39,870 nt of DNA, taken from a virus. Below, in pieces: positions 24,769 to 31,642 of this stretch; the stretch's first letter is position 1; each line of letters begins with the position of its first letter. Location: IMG/VR virus record IMGVR_UViG_3300013674_000001, positions 1-39,870 of that record; one strand, written 5' to 3'. The notes under the pieces were generated by a model. It worked only from the letters and a program-made list of their open reading frames with translations. It was not told the DNA's origin and searched no databases. Both the position numbers and the translations under genes were made by a program.

Positions 24769-25464
24769 CTATGCAAACGCTAGTGTTTTGTGAAAACTTG
24801 CGTCAGTGATATTAGAAATGGCATGCCTTCCAATATATTCCGAATAAGCGGGAGGAATAGCTTCTGACATTTCCGCCAAAGTCGCCCAATTCATGCCCAT
24901 TGCTTCGGACGCAGCGGCCTTGTGGCCGCCCTCCCAAACATCACGCGTACGTCGGCCCCCAGCGCTTGCCGCCCGCTTTCGTGCGTGGCCTCCATACACA
25001 CCAATTACCGGCCTATTGTCGTGATTGCACTTGGGCTGAGGTATATGAAAATTTGCCTCAAATAGCCGGTGACGCCTCAATTGACAGCCTTGGGCACCAA
25101 GGCCAAACATCGATCCGCATAAAAGAACTGGATCTCGAAGAGCCCATGAAGCTTGCTCAACATTTTCAATAACCCAAGGAACCTCTGAAGGCATTCTTTC
25201 CCTAACCGAGTCAATCAAAAGAGGTGCCCCAATAGCACCAGGGGCGTGACGCATTACCGAATATCCCTGACACGGGGGGGACGCCCATATAAAGTCAAAT
25301 CCAGAAAGGTCAAATTCCAAAGCATCCGCTTGGTGAAATTCAAATGGGTATCTCTTTTGATGGACCCAATCCACGCCAACAACTTCAAAACCCGCGCGGC
25401 TCAATCCAACACTTGCACCACCCGCGCAGCAAAACAAATCAAGTGCTTTAAATTTCCTACTCAT
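24769..25464 (-). CDS. DNA (cytosine-5)-methyltransferase, compact, 231 aa
   Basis: Motif [14 protein letters not shown], motif [11 protein letters not shown], motif VI VIENV, motif [13 protein letters not shown]-terminal [12 protein letters not shown]. Very short target-recognition region. Confidence 0.9.
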   Translation of the reverse strand: MSRKFKALDLFCCAGGASVGLSRAGFEVVGVDWVHQKRYPFEFHQADALEFDLSGFDFIWASPPCQGYSVMRHAPGAIGAPLLIDSVRERMPSEVPWVIENVEQASWALRDPVLLCGSMFGLGAQGCQLRRHRLFEANFHIPQPKCNHDNRPVIGVYGGHARKRAASAGGRRTRDVWEGGHKAAASEAMGMNWATLAEMSEAIPPAYSEYIGRHAISNITDASFHKTLAFA

Positions 25465-25744
25465 TCACGGCCCTCATTTGATCGCCCTTTGGTTCATGTA
25501 CGATAGCATCGCCTTCACCTTTGGTGTGAGCAAGCGCTTCGGTCATTCCTTGTTTCAAATCCTCAGCGAGATGCATTTGGCCGATAGCTTGGTATACTTC
25601 CATCATGGCTTCCATCGCGGCTTCAACCTTAGCTGCGATATCGGGATTGGACTCAACGAAAGGATGCTCGCCAACGTGCGTGGCGTAGGTGTCCATGAGA
25701 ACAGAGGAGGTGTGCATGGCTTCATGGGCTGAGTAATCGGTCAA
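25457..25744 (-). CDS. Hypothetical protein, 95 aa (TTG start; alternative ATG at 25717)
   Basis: TTG 25744 preceded by TAGGAG. Acidic helical protein. 8-nt overlap with the methyltransferase start. Confidence 0.6.
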   Translation of the reverse strand: MTDYSAHEAMHTSSVLMDTYATHVGEHPFVESNPDIAAKVEAAMEAMMEVYQAIGQMHLAEDLKQGMTEALAHTKGEGDAIVHEPKGDQMRAVNE

Positions 25745-25756
25745 GGCGTAACGCTC

Positions 25757-25903
25757 CTATTTCCGGCGCTTTGGTTTCTTTCGGCTTTTGCCTGCTTTGG
25801 AAAGTGCTATGGCGACGGCTTGCTTCTGAGGCTTTCCGGACGCACGCTCGGTGCGAATGTTGGCGCTGATGGTTTTGCGGGATGAACCTTTCTTAAGCGG
25901 CAT
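25757..25903 (-). CDS. Small basic protein, 48 aa
   Basis: Track ORF 25757..25972 trimmed to ATG 25903 ([48 protein letters not shown]). The [13 protein letters not shown]-type motif recurs in a widespread family of small bacterial and phage proteins. Confidence 0.6.
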   Translation of the reverse strand: MPLKKGSSRKTISANIRTERASGKPQKQAVAIALSKAGKSRKKPKRRK

Positions 25904-26126
25904 TTTTGTCACTACTATCCCAGTTATTTCCGTAATCTCGAACCATTTCCTCGGCAGCCAAGTTGGCAGCAAGCCAGGTTCCTCTTATCTTGCTCCCGCA
26001 CTCAAGGCAGCCTCCACTGACATGATATGCGCCACTTTCGCAATCACAAACATTTTCATTCTTAATCACGCGGGCAAAATGTTTCCTGCAAAGGCGATCA
26101 AACTCTTTTCTCATAACTTTATTCAT
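25893..26126 (-). CDS. Cys-rich (zinc-ribbon-like) protein, 77 aa
   Basis: ATG preceded by AAGGA. Contains [18 protein letters not shown]. Confidence 0.7.
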   Translation of the reverse strand: MNKVMRKEFDRLCRKHFARVIKNENVCDCESGAYHVSGGCLECGSKIRGTWLAANLAAEEMVRDYGNNWDSSDKNAA

Positions 26127-26144
26127 GCGCTTTTATCCTTATCT

Positions 26145-26447
26145 CTACTGATTTGCGCACATCATGGCGTTTTCAAAGGTTGAACCATAAGCGGTGCAGA
26201 AACCAACTGGCGAATTAGGATACCATTGGATTTCCCAAAGACTATCGTGAGCGACCGCTTCTTTGAAATCATCGCGGCTGATCCACTCGCTTTCGTCAAA
26301 TCCATCCGTAGGTCCGTGCGCACATTCATCCTTGCTACGGAAATACTGCTGAACACTTTCATAGACGCCCTTATGGGGATCGTGTGCAATGTGAAGTGTC
26401 ACATGCTTCGGCAAGAAGTCTGTGAATTTCGGATTTTCATGATCCAT
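26145..26447 (-). CDS. Hypothetical protein, 100 aa
   Basis: Track ORF trimmed to ATG 26447, preceded by AAAGGGAAAACAA. This is the same RBS string as on plus-strand genes. Confidence 0.7.
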   Translation of the reverse strand: MDHENPKFTDFLPKHVTLHIAHDPHKGVYESVQQYFRSKDECAHGPTDGFDESEWISRDDFKEAVAHDSLWEIQWYPNSPVGFCTAYGSTFENAMMCANQ

Positions 26448-26512
26448 TTGTTTTCCCTTTCTCTGGTTGATGCATGGACGGTAACATAAGCCACCGTCCA
26501 CAGCAAGAGTGG

Positions 26513-26683
26513 TTACATGCGCTTCATCTTGCCGCCACCCACAGAGGGGTTCGAAGCGAAGCTTTTGTTGTTGGACATGACGGGCTTTGACTTTGGCATC
26601 TTCCTGCCGGGCATAGCCTTATTCATGCCACCACGCGGGTTCGATCCGATCTTGCCCATTCCGTAACCTTTACCTTTGGCCAT
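26513..26683 (-). CDS. Small Gly/Lys/Met-rich basic protein, 56 aa
   Basis: Track ORF trimmed to ATG 26683, preceded by AAAGGAAAC. Starts 13 nt after the upstream stop. Confidence 0.55.
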   Translation of the reverse strand: MAKGKGYGMGKIGSNPRGGMNKAMPGRKMPKSKPVMSNNKSFASNPSVGGGKMKRM

Positions 26684-26696
26684 TGTGTTTCCTTTC

Positions 26697-27107
26697 CTAG
26701 ATCCAGGCGTCGTTGAGCTGAAATCTGGTTTCGATCTGTTCGTTTTCCCCAGTCCCAGCATTGGTGAACGCTGCAATGATGCGATAAATACCCCGACTAG
26801 TCAAAGCGGCGGTTTCGGTTGGAGTTAGGATTCCTGTCCACTCTTCGTTTGAGTCCAGAGGGATGACGCGAGTAATCTCTGTGGTGTCCGCAGGAAACTG
26901 TTTCACGTAGATGGTGCACACCCAGCTTGCCGGGTTGTCGTTGTCCCGATCAATGCGGCTTTGCAGATCTCGCAATGAAAACCTAAAGTCGATACTTTCG
27001 CCTGCATTTATCTGCGGGACGGCGTTGCCAGTTTGAGAGCCCGGCGCCATGACGCGGGCGGTGTCCTGATCTTCGCCGTAGTAATAATACCAACTTCCGT
27101 TTGACAT
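26697..27107 (-). CDS. Hypothetical protein, 136 aa
   Basis: ATG 27107 preceded by AAAGGA. Beta-rich sequence with no family I recognise. Confidence 0.75.
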   Translation of the reverse strand: MSNGSWYYYYGEDQDTARVMAPGSQTGNAVPQINAGESIDFRFSLRDLQSRIDRDNDNPASWVCTIYVKQFPADTTEITRVIPLDSNEEWTGILTPTETAALTSRGIYRIIAAFTNAGTGENEQIETRFQLNDAWI

Positions 27108-27489
27108 TGCGTGTCCTTTTGTGTTTGAGCGCGGGCCGGGCGCTAATCCGGCGCTTCCCTATTGGCATAGTCCGTTATTGGTTCTGCCGCGCTTAGGGAC
27201 TTTGGATGTTTGTCGCTGCATTCACAGAAATCATAGCGTGTAGCTTTCCACGCCGCCGCGCTCAGGAGGTGCAACCCCCGGCCAGTAAATCCTACAGGTC
27301 TTTCGACGTGATCCTGGTTGATCCGGCGCATGTTGCACCACCAAAGAGCGGTTATGCTGAGTTGTGTCTCTTTCCGTTCGCACCCAGCGGGCAAACCTCA
27401 TGACGCTTGTGACACGTAGCTTCCCGAACGCGTTTCGGGACCGGTGAGCCCGAGACAGTTGTCCGGTCAATCCCAGGCTCAAGCACATA

Positions 27490-27648
27490 TTACAACTCCA
27501 CTCCTAAAAGAACAAGAACCCATCGCAACACTTGAATACCAGCAATGACCGTCATCGCAGCGACAGTGACGGCCAGGTAGATGCTCAGCATTCCTATCTG
27601 ATGATGTCGGCGCCGGTTTCTCTGGCGTATGTCGTGTTCGTTGGTCAT
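27490..27648 (-). CDS. Tiny membrane protein, 52 aa (below the ORF-track cutoff)
   Basis: Hand translation: MTNEHDIRQRNRRRHHQIGMLSIYLAVTVAAMTVIAGIQVLRWVLVLLGVEL. ATGA overlap with the upstream gene. Confidence 0.55.
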   Translation of the reverse strand: MTNEHDIRQRNRRRHHQIGMLSIYLAVTVAAMTVIAGIQVLRWVLVLLGVEL

Positions 27649-27926
27649 GCCGTGACCTCCTGAATAGGAGAGTCGATTTCGGCTAAACGTTCTTCAAGAA
27701 TTTGGAGACCGCGAGGTTTTCGGATGCGGTAGCGGACAATGCAATGTTTATCGTGCCCCCATTTCGCGATAACCCAATCCCAGAAAAAATATCCGCACCC
27801 CGGCTTAAGTCGTTTTACGTAGCCATGTTGGTGGAATCCGCATTTTGAAACCAAATGCAAGTACGTGCCAACTGGCACAGGACATCCTTTGCCGTCATGC
27901 TCGATCCACGGACCCCACTCAGACAT
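27645..27926 (-). CDS. Hypothetical protein, 93 aa
   Basis: ATG 27926 overlaps the upstream stop (TGATG). W/C/H-rich (WIEHDGKGCPVPVG...RYRIRKP). Confidence 0.7.
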   Translation of the reverse strand: MSEWGPWIEHDGKGCPVPVGTYLHLVSKCGFHQHGYVKRLKPGCGYFFWDWVIAKWGHDKHCIVRYRIRKPRGLQILEERLAEIDSPIQEVTA

Positions 27927-28120
27927 CACAAGTTAATCCCTGTAAAAAATTGAAAGATCCAAACAACCCCAACAAAGGATAAAAGGCAAGCGCTAAGAAT
28001 TATCAACGCAAACCACATTAACCAAACTGCCTCCATAATCGTAAAGAAAAGGAACCTAAGATCGCTTTTATTTCTGCGAGAAAATTTATCAAACATCACC
28101 ATTTCCCTACCTTTCTGCAT
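27926..28120 (-). CDS. Small membrane protein, 64 aa
   Basis: SD GAGGA. TM segments LRFLFFTIMEAVWLMWFALIILSACLLSFVGVVWIF. AT-rich. Confidence 0.65.
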   Translation of the reverse strand: MQKGREMVMFDKFSRRNKSDLRFLFFTIMEAVWLMWFALIILSACLLSFVGVVWIFQFFTGINL

Positions 28121-28144
28121 TCATCCTCAGTTACTTCATTTTTA

Positions 28145-28720
28145 TCAAAGTCCATCTATCAACTCCTGCGGAATATCCGGAGGCAACGGCTCACCCCAAT
28201 ACCTCATGAACTGAACCGCATGACGCGCCAGCTCGGGATACACGAAAACAACTTCGTCAAATCTGTCGCGCTTTGTTGACAACCATTTTCGGTCTATCTC
28301 CAAACACCTTTGCAATGATTCCATTTCGTCAAATGTCAGGTGACTTCTTTCTCCGCGTGCTGGAACAGATGATGATTTTCTTCTGTTCTGGTTGTCGCGA
28401 TGAGTTTGGCAAATTGAAGAAATTGCTGCAGGAGTCGGTCGCTTAGACTGAAAGTTTCGAACCCAGAACCGACAAGCATGTTCGATGATTTCCTCCGGGT
28501 ACTTTTCGAGAACTGAAATCCAGTCATCCATTGCGCTTTCAAAAACCTCAACCGGATTGTCCGGCTGAAAGTAGTGGCTTAGAAGGGTTTCTATCCGTCC
28601 CGCTATCCAACCTGCATCTGTCTTGTCGTTGTGCTTCTTCTCGCTCATGGCGTTCACTAGCTCGCTGTGCTGCGCGCCGGGCTCTTTCGATAGCGGCCCC
28701 ATCATGCCTTGATTTTCCAT
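28145..28720 (-). CDS. Possible replicative-helicase loader-like protein, 191 aa
   Basis: Track ORF 28145..28777 trimmed to ATG 28720 (GAAAGGAcaaacggatATG). The segment AMDDWISVLEKYPEEIIEHACRFWVRNFQSKRPTPAAISSICQ resembles the W..L..y....i..A.......+.P.....i pattern of G39P-type loaders. Lies directly downstream of the initiator. The function call is inference. Confidence 0.4.
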   Translation of the reverse strand: MENQGMMGPLSKEPGAQHSELVNAMSEKKHNDKTDAGWIAGRIETLLSHYFQPDNPVEVFESAMDDWISVLEKYPEEIIEHACRFWVRNFQSKRPTPAAISSICQTHRDNQNRRKSSSVPARGERSHLTFDEMESLQRCLEIDRKWLSTKRDRFDEVVFVYPELARHAVQFMRYWGEPLPPDIPQELIDGL

Positions 28721-29375
28721 ATCCGTTTGTCCTTTCGTGGGAAGGTATGCTTTCGGGGAACACTCCCGTCCAACCATTCATTATGCTTTTTTCAACGATA
28801 GCGTCAGCCTGTGGGTTTCCGTGAAGCTTTTTTGCAATGAGACAAGCAGCTCTCTCGGTAAGCTTTGCCCTCTTGTGCCTCCGATGATCGATGAAAGCTT
28901 CCGCGCTTTCCTCAGTCATGACGCTACAGAGGATTTCTAATATTTCGTCTTTAGGGGGGAGGGGGGTATTAGTTACTTCTTGGGATATTTCTAAAGGGTT
29001 ATTTGGGTGGTCGTGTGCCACCCCTAGGGGTGGTCGTGTGCCACCCGTGGGGTGGTCGTGTGCCACCCGTGACACTCTGTCACCCGTCAAATAAAGCCCC
29101 TCTAAAGCGGAAAGATTGATACGGTATTCTACTGTGTATCCGCGTGCACAAGAGCGCTGGCCAACTTCAGAAATCAATCCAGCTTCGATCATTTCGCCAA
29201 TTTGACGCTGAACGGTTCTTTTGTTCATCTCAAGTTCGTCAGCGATTGTCTGTTTAGCAGTCCAGATTCCAGAGCCATCATCGCTTGCGCGCGCCGCAAA
29301 GAACATTAAGATTGCTTTTTTCGTGGGAGATCCGACACGACGGTCGGCAACGGCTTTTTGAACGTCCCAGCTCAT
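28548..29375 (-). CDS. Replication initiator (lambda O-like organisation), wHTH N-terminal domain, 275 aa
   Basis: N-terminal wHTH (SPTKKAILMFFAARASDDGSGIWTAKQTIADELEMNKRTVQRQIGEMIEAGLI). Three dyad-symmetric 18-bp iterons and an AT-rich tract sit inside the linker-coding region. C-terminal domain ends in SIMNGWTGVF. The 3' 173-230 nt overlap the next ORF out of frame. Confidence 0.65.
   Translation of the reverse strand: MSWDVQKAVADRRVGSPTKKAILMFFAARASDDGSGIWTAKQTIADELEMNKRTVQRQIGEMIEAGLISEVGQRSCARGYTVEYRINLSALEGLYLTGDRVSRVAHDHPTGGTRPPLGVAHDHPNNPLEISQEVTNTPLPPKDEILEILCSVMTEESAEAFIDHRRHKRAKLTERAACLIAKKLHGNPQADAIVEKSIMNGWTGVFPESIPSHERTNGYGKSRHDGAAIERARRAAQRASERHEREEAQRQDRCRLDSGTDRNPSKPLLSAGQSG
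29006..29068. repeat. Three tandem 18-bp iterons GGTGGTCGTGTGCCACCC (candidate origin of replication)
   Basis: Exact copies at 29006..29023, 29029..29046 and 29051..29068 (spacing 23 and 22 bp). Each is an inverted repeat, GGTGG-N7-CCACC. Followed by a GTGAC-N5-GTCAC palindrome (29069..29083) on one side and an AT-rich tract (28931..29005) on the other. Confidence 0.7.
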
Positions 29376-29719
29376 TCTATTACATCCAATTCATCCTGAC
29401 TATCTTCAATGCATTCTGAAATTAGTTCTCGAATGGCATCATATCCCTGAACTGATTGGCAATCTTCCCTTTGAGCTTTTCCCTTGTGAGGCCAAAAATT
29501 TAAAATTATTGGAGATCCGCCGTTATATCTTACCAATCCAACAATGTGCCAAGGGGCAACATCTGGGTTAGGTTGACTAAAATCAATCCAGTCATATCTA
29601 TCCGATATTTTTCGGAACATATGAACATTGGCTACTTGTTTAGCACTATTGGGATTGTGGTAGATTTCAAAATCAAGTGACAATTCAGCCTCCTTTGTTG
29701 AGGCTGGGCTTGCAAGCAT
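29372..29719 (-). CDS. Hypothetical protein, 115 aa (lower-GC gene)
   Basis: ATGA overlap with the initiator gene at its 3' end. No obvious SD at ATG 29719. Contains WHIVGLVRYNGGSPIILNFWPHKGKAQ. Confidence 0.6.
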   Translation of the reverse strand: MLASPASTKEAELSLDFEIYHNPNSAKQVANVHMFRKISDRYDWIDFSQPNPDVAPWHIVGLVRYNGGSPIILNFWPHKGKAQREDCQSVQGYDAIRELISECIEDSQDELDVIE

Positions 29720-29791
29720 TATTTTGTGATGCTAGAACTTACCCAGCGAGTGAACACCGCTACCATAACCCAACACTGGGACAGATAGCAA

Positions 29792-29820
29792 GGGCCGGGA
29801 TTTTCCTGGCCCTTTTCTTT
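29792..29820 (+). terminator. Intrinsic-terminator-like hairpin oriented on the plus strand, inside the minus-strand operon
   Basis: Plus-strand reading: GGGCCGGG-atttt-CCTGGCCC (8 bp, one G.U) followed by TTTTCTTT. On the minus strand the stem has an A.C mismatch and no U-tract. Confidence 0.5.
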
Positions 29821-29821
29821 G

Positions 29822-30205
29822 CTACGACACAACCCCCCGATGCTCTACTTCCACAACCGGAGGGATTATCCTGACGATCACGCACCCACCGGCCACGACG
29901 CCATTGAACCTGTCGGGAAATCGGGTGCGAAAACCGCTGTCATCGCAGCCCATGGCATCTGCTATGCCGTCTATAGCAGCCTTCTGGGTTGCGGGCATGT
30001 TTTGAATGTCGCGATTGCGGTTTGTAGGTGGGTGAAACTCGAACTCCAGTATTGCGTTAGGTAAACACGGAATTTTTTGCTCTTTTGCAATCGCCCATGC
30101 ATATCTCCTAGCACTTTTGACGGCCTTAGCGCCTACTGCCCAGTGTTTTTTTCGATTCTGCCAGAGATCCGCTTCGGGCCACGGCAAACGGATAACAAAT
30201 GTCAC
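29822..30205 (-). CDS. rusA: RusA-family Holliday-junction resolvase, 127 aa (GTG start)
   Basis: WPEADLWQNRKKHW...NRNRDIQNMPATQKAAIDGIADAMGCDD fits the RusA pattern (..HW.., RD.DN..K...D.......DD). GTGA overlap with the upstream gene. Confidence 0.7.
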   Translation of the reverse strand: MTFVIRLPWPEADLWQNRKKHWAVGAKAVKSARRYAWAIAKEQKIPCLPNAILEFEFHPPTNRNRDIQNMPATQKAAIDGIADAMGCDDSGFRTRFPDRFNGVVAGGCVIVRIIPPVVEVEHRGVVS

Positions 30206-30420
30206 TTCACCAACCCCCGCTCCACAAGTTCGTCCATCAAGTCAAAGTACTCAGTCTCAGAAAGTCCGCAAAGATCCGCCATTTGCTTGCTGGTTGCTTT
30301 GTCCCCGTCTTCCAGTATGGCGCAGTGAACGGCGTAGATACCTCGGGCTGCGATTGAAATGGTGCTGTTGTATAGCACGTTTGGGACTACGGGAGAATCA
30401 GAAGAAATTTGTGGTTTCAT
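30202..30420 (-). CDS. Small winged-helix-like protein, 72 aa; first gene of the leftward operon (possible regulator)
   Basis: SD GAAGGGAAtaaaATG. The segment ATSKQMADLCGLSETEYFDLMDELVERGLV looks like an HTH/wHTH. Adjacent to the divergent control region. Confidence 0.7.
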   Translation of the reverse strand: MKPQISSDSPVVPNVLYNSTISIAARGIYAVHCAILEDGDKATSKQMADLCGLSETEYFDLMDELVERGLVK

Positions 30421-30450
30421 TTTATTCCCTTCAAGTCTGTTGACCGCGAC

Positions 30451-30469
30451 TTGGTAAATCAGTTACCAA
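30451..30469. promoter_or_regulatory. Perfect inverted repeat TTGGTAA-N5-TTACCAA (candidate operator)
   Basis: Read directly: ttggtaaatcagttaccaa. Lies 31 nt upstream of the leftward operon ATG, and between a TTGACC hexamer and the orphan plus-strand terminator. Confidence 0.5.
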
Positions 30470-30521
30470 ATAACTGAGGCCCTTTGATGGTCTTGCCCAT
30501 TTTCCCTTTGGGCTGGTTGCG

Positions 30522-30560
30522 AGAGGCGTCCCAGGTTGGTTTCCGGGGCGCCTCTTTTTT
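30522..30560 (+). terminator. Strong rho-independent terminator on the plus strand with no upstream plus-strand gene
   Basis: AGAGGCGTCCC (30522..30532) pairs with GGGGCGCCTCT (30545..30555): 11 bp including one G.U. Followed by a T-run (TCTTTTTTATAT). Confidence 0.7.
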
Positions 30561-30587
30561 ATATCTTGTTCTTGACACTGTTTGCAA
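30558..30587 (-). promoter_or_regulatory. Candidate leftward early promoter TTGCAA-N18-TATAAA
   Basis: Minus-strand reading: TTGCAAacagtgtcaagaacaagaTATAAAaaag. Its spacer contains the -35 of the rightward promoter (back-to-back arrangement). Confidence 0.4.
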
Positions 30588-30600
30588 GCGCTAATATGTT
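30572..30600 (+). promoter_or_regulatory. Candidate rightward early promoter TTGACA-N17-TATGTT
   Basis: Plus-strand reading: TTGACActgtttgcaagcgctaaTATGTT. Followed by the 12-bp palindrome GGGAAATTTCCC (30615..30626) and the CCAACCAAC...GAAAGGGAA leader before ATG 30654. Confidence 0.5.
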
Positions 30601-30653
30601 GGTGTCACTGAAACGGGAAATTTCCCACCAACCAACCCACGAAAGGGAACATC

Positions 30654-30896
30654 ATGAATAAATTTACTGTAACAGCTTTTGCGTTGGCTCTGGGCGCCAG
30701 CGCTGCATCGGCCGAGTGCTTGGACGCAGGATACGAAGTTATCCCCAACACTGGCGGCACTGCGTGTCATTTTGTTGGAAACTTTGATGTGACTGCAAAT
30801 CGCACAGGCGACGGCTCGGCCATGGAGCAACGTGAAGTTGATCTTGTCTTCAACAAAGACGGCGAACTTGTCAAAGACAAAAGAAACAAAAAATAA
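30654..30896 (+). CDS. Small secreted protein, 80 aa (Sec-type signal peptide)
   Basis: MNKFTVTAFALALGASAASA-EC: a typical signal peptide with an AxA site. Two Cys in the mature part. First gene of the rightward operon. Confidence 0.75.
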   Translation: MNKFTVTAFALALGASAASAECLDAGYEVIPNTGGTACHFVGNFDVTANRTGDGSAMEQREVDLVFNKDGELVKDKRNKK

Positions 30897-30960
30897 ATGG
30901 AAGGTTTTGAAGCAAGCCCGACGAATCGGGCTTGTCACTAAGCCAACCAAAGGAATTGTA

Positions 30961-31266
30961 ATGAACTACAACTTTCCCAAAACACGCACCGCTCTTGCCA
31001 TGCTCGAATCCCTGACATCGCATTATAAAAACCAAGAAGCGGATAGAGTGCTGGCAGATGCAAGGAAAGAGGTATCCGCCTTTGAAGAACCGCTTTTGGA
31101 TCTGGTCGAAAAGTACCTTGAAGAATCCGAAATGGGAGAAAGCTACTTCGGTGTGAAAGCGTGCGGCAATTCCAACTTCGTAAAACGCCTTCGTGATGGG
31201 GGCTCTTTTCACTCTGAGACAGTGGATATCGTGCGATCTTTCATCGCTGATCGACTGAATGCTTAA
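30961..31266 (+). CDS. Hypothetical protein, 101 aa
   Basis: Track ORF 30832..31266 trimmed to ATG 30961, preceded by CCAACCAAAGGAAttgta. The longer form would run through the hairpin at 30913..30934. Confidence 0.7.
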   Translation: MNYNFPKTRTALAMLESLTSHYKNQEADRVLADARKEVSAFEEPLLDLVEKYLEESEMGESYFGVKACGNSNFVKRLRDGGSFHSETVDIVRSFIADRLNA

Positions 31267-31642
31267 GCGAAAAACACCACTTAAGAGAACCGGGTTCAAG
31301 TCAAAGCCGAAACCTATGCGCCGCGTGAGCGCCAAACGTCAAAAGCACTGGAAAAGCCCCGAGGGAAAAGCCGAATTGGAATACATGCGTCTCGTCAAGA
31401 CGCTTCCATGCTGCATATGCGGACACCCCGGACCCTCCGACGCACACCACTGTATCCATAACAGATTTGGCTCAAGAAAAAGATCTGGGTATGATTGCAT
31501 ACCTCTTTGCAAGCCGCATCATCAGGACGGACCGGAAGCCATTCACAACGGCAAAGAAAACTGGCACCGAAAGCACGGACCCGACTATAATTACATAGAA
31601 GAGACCCGAAAAAAGGTTGACATTATACGCAGCCGCAAATAG
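31259..31642 (+). CDS. HNH-type nuclease, Ref/DUF968-like, 127 aa
   Basis: Basic N-terminus, then LPCCICGHPGPSDAHHCIH...CIPLCKPHHQDGPEAIHNG (a Cys4 plus HH arrangement as in P1 Ref-like HNH proteins). Family assignment is from memory. Confidence 0.55.
   Translation: MLKRKTPLKRTGFKSKPKPMRRVSAKRQKHWKSPEGKAELEYMRLVKTLPCCICGHPGPSDAHHCIHNRFGSRKRSGYDCIPLCKPHHQDGPEAIHNGKENWHRKHGPDYNYIEETRKKVDIIRSRK

Noticed and set aside
27143-27488. 83-aa (TTG start) and 85-aa (Arg-rich) minus-strand ORFs
   Set aside because: They overlap each other in different frames. Neither has an SD or recognisable features, so I kept the interval as an open question in the findings rather than calling a gene.
29006-29068. 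Possible CRISPR array (three identical 18-bp repeats)
   Set aside because: There are only three copies, separated by 4-5 bp instead of spacers of about 30 bp, and they lie inside a coding region. Iterons of an origin explain them better.
30486-30593. 35-aa plus-strand ORF in the control region (MVLPIFPLGWLREASQVGF...)
   Set aside because: It has no SD, runs straight through the terminator hairpin and both promoters, and is most likely non-coding.
31285-31310. tRNA-like T-loop string GGGTTCAAGTC
   Set aside because: The flanking bases cannot form a T-stem or an acceptor stem, and the string lies inside the well-framed HNH/Ref-like ORF. I saw no other tRNA-like T-arm in the window.
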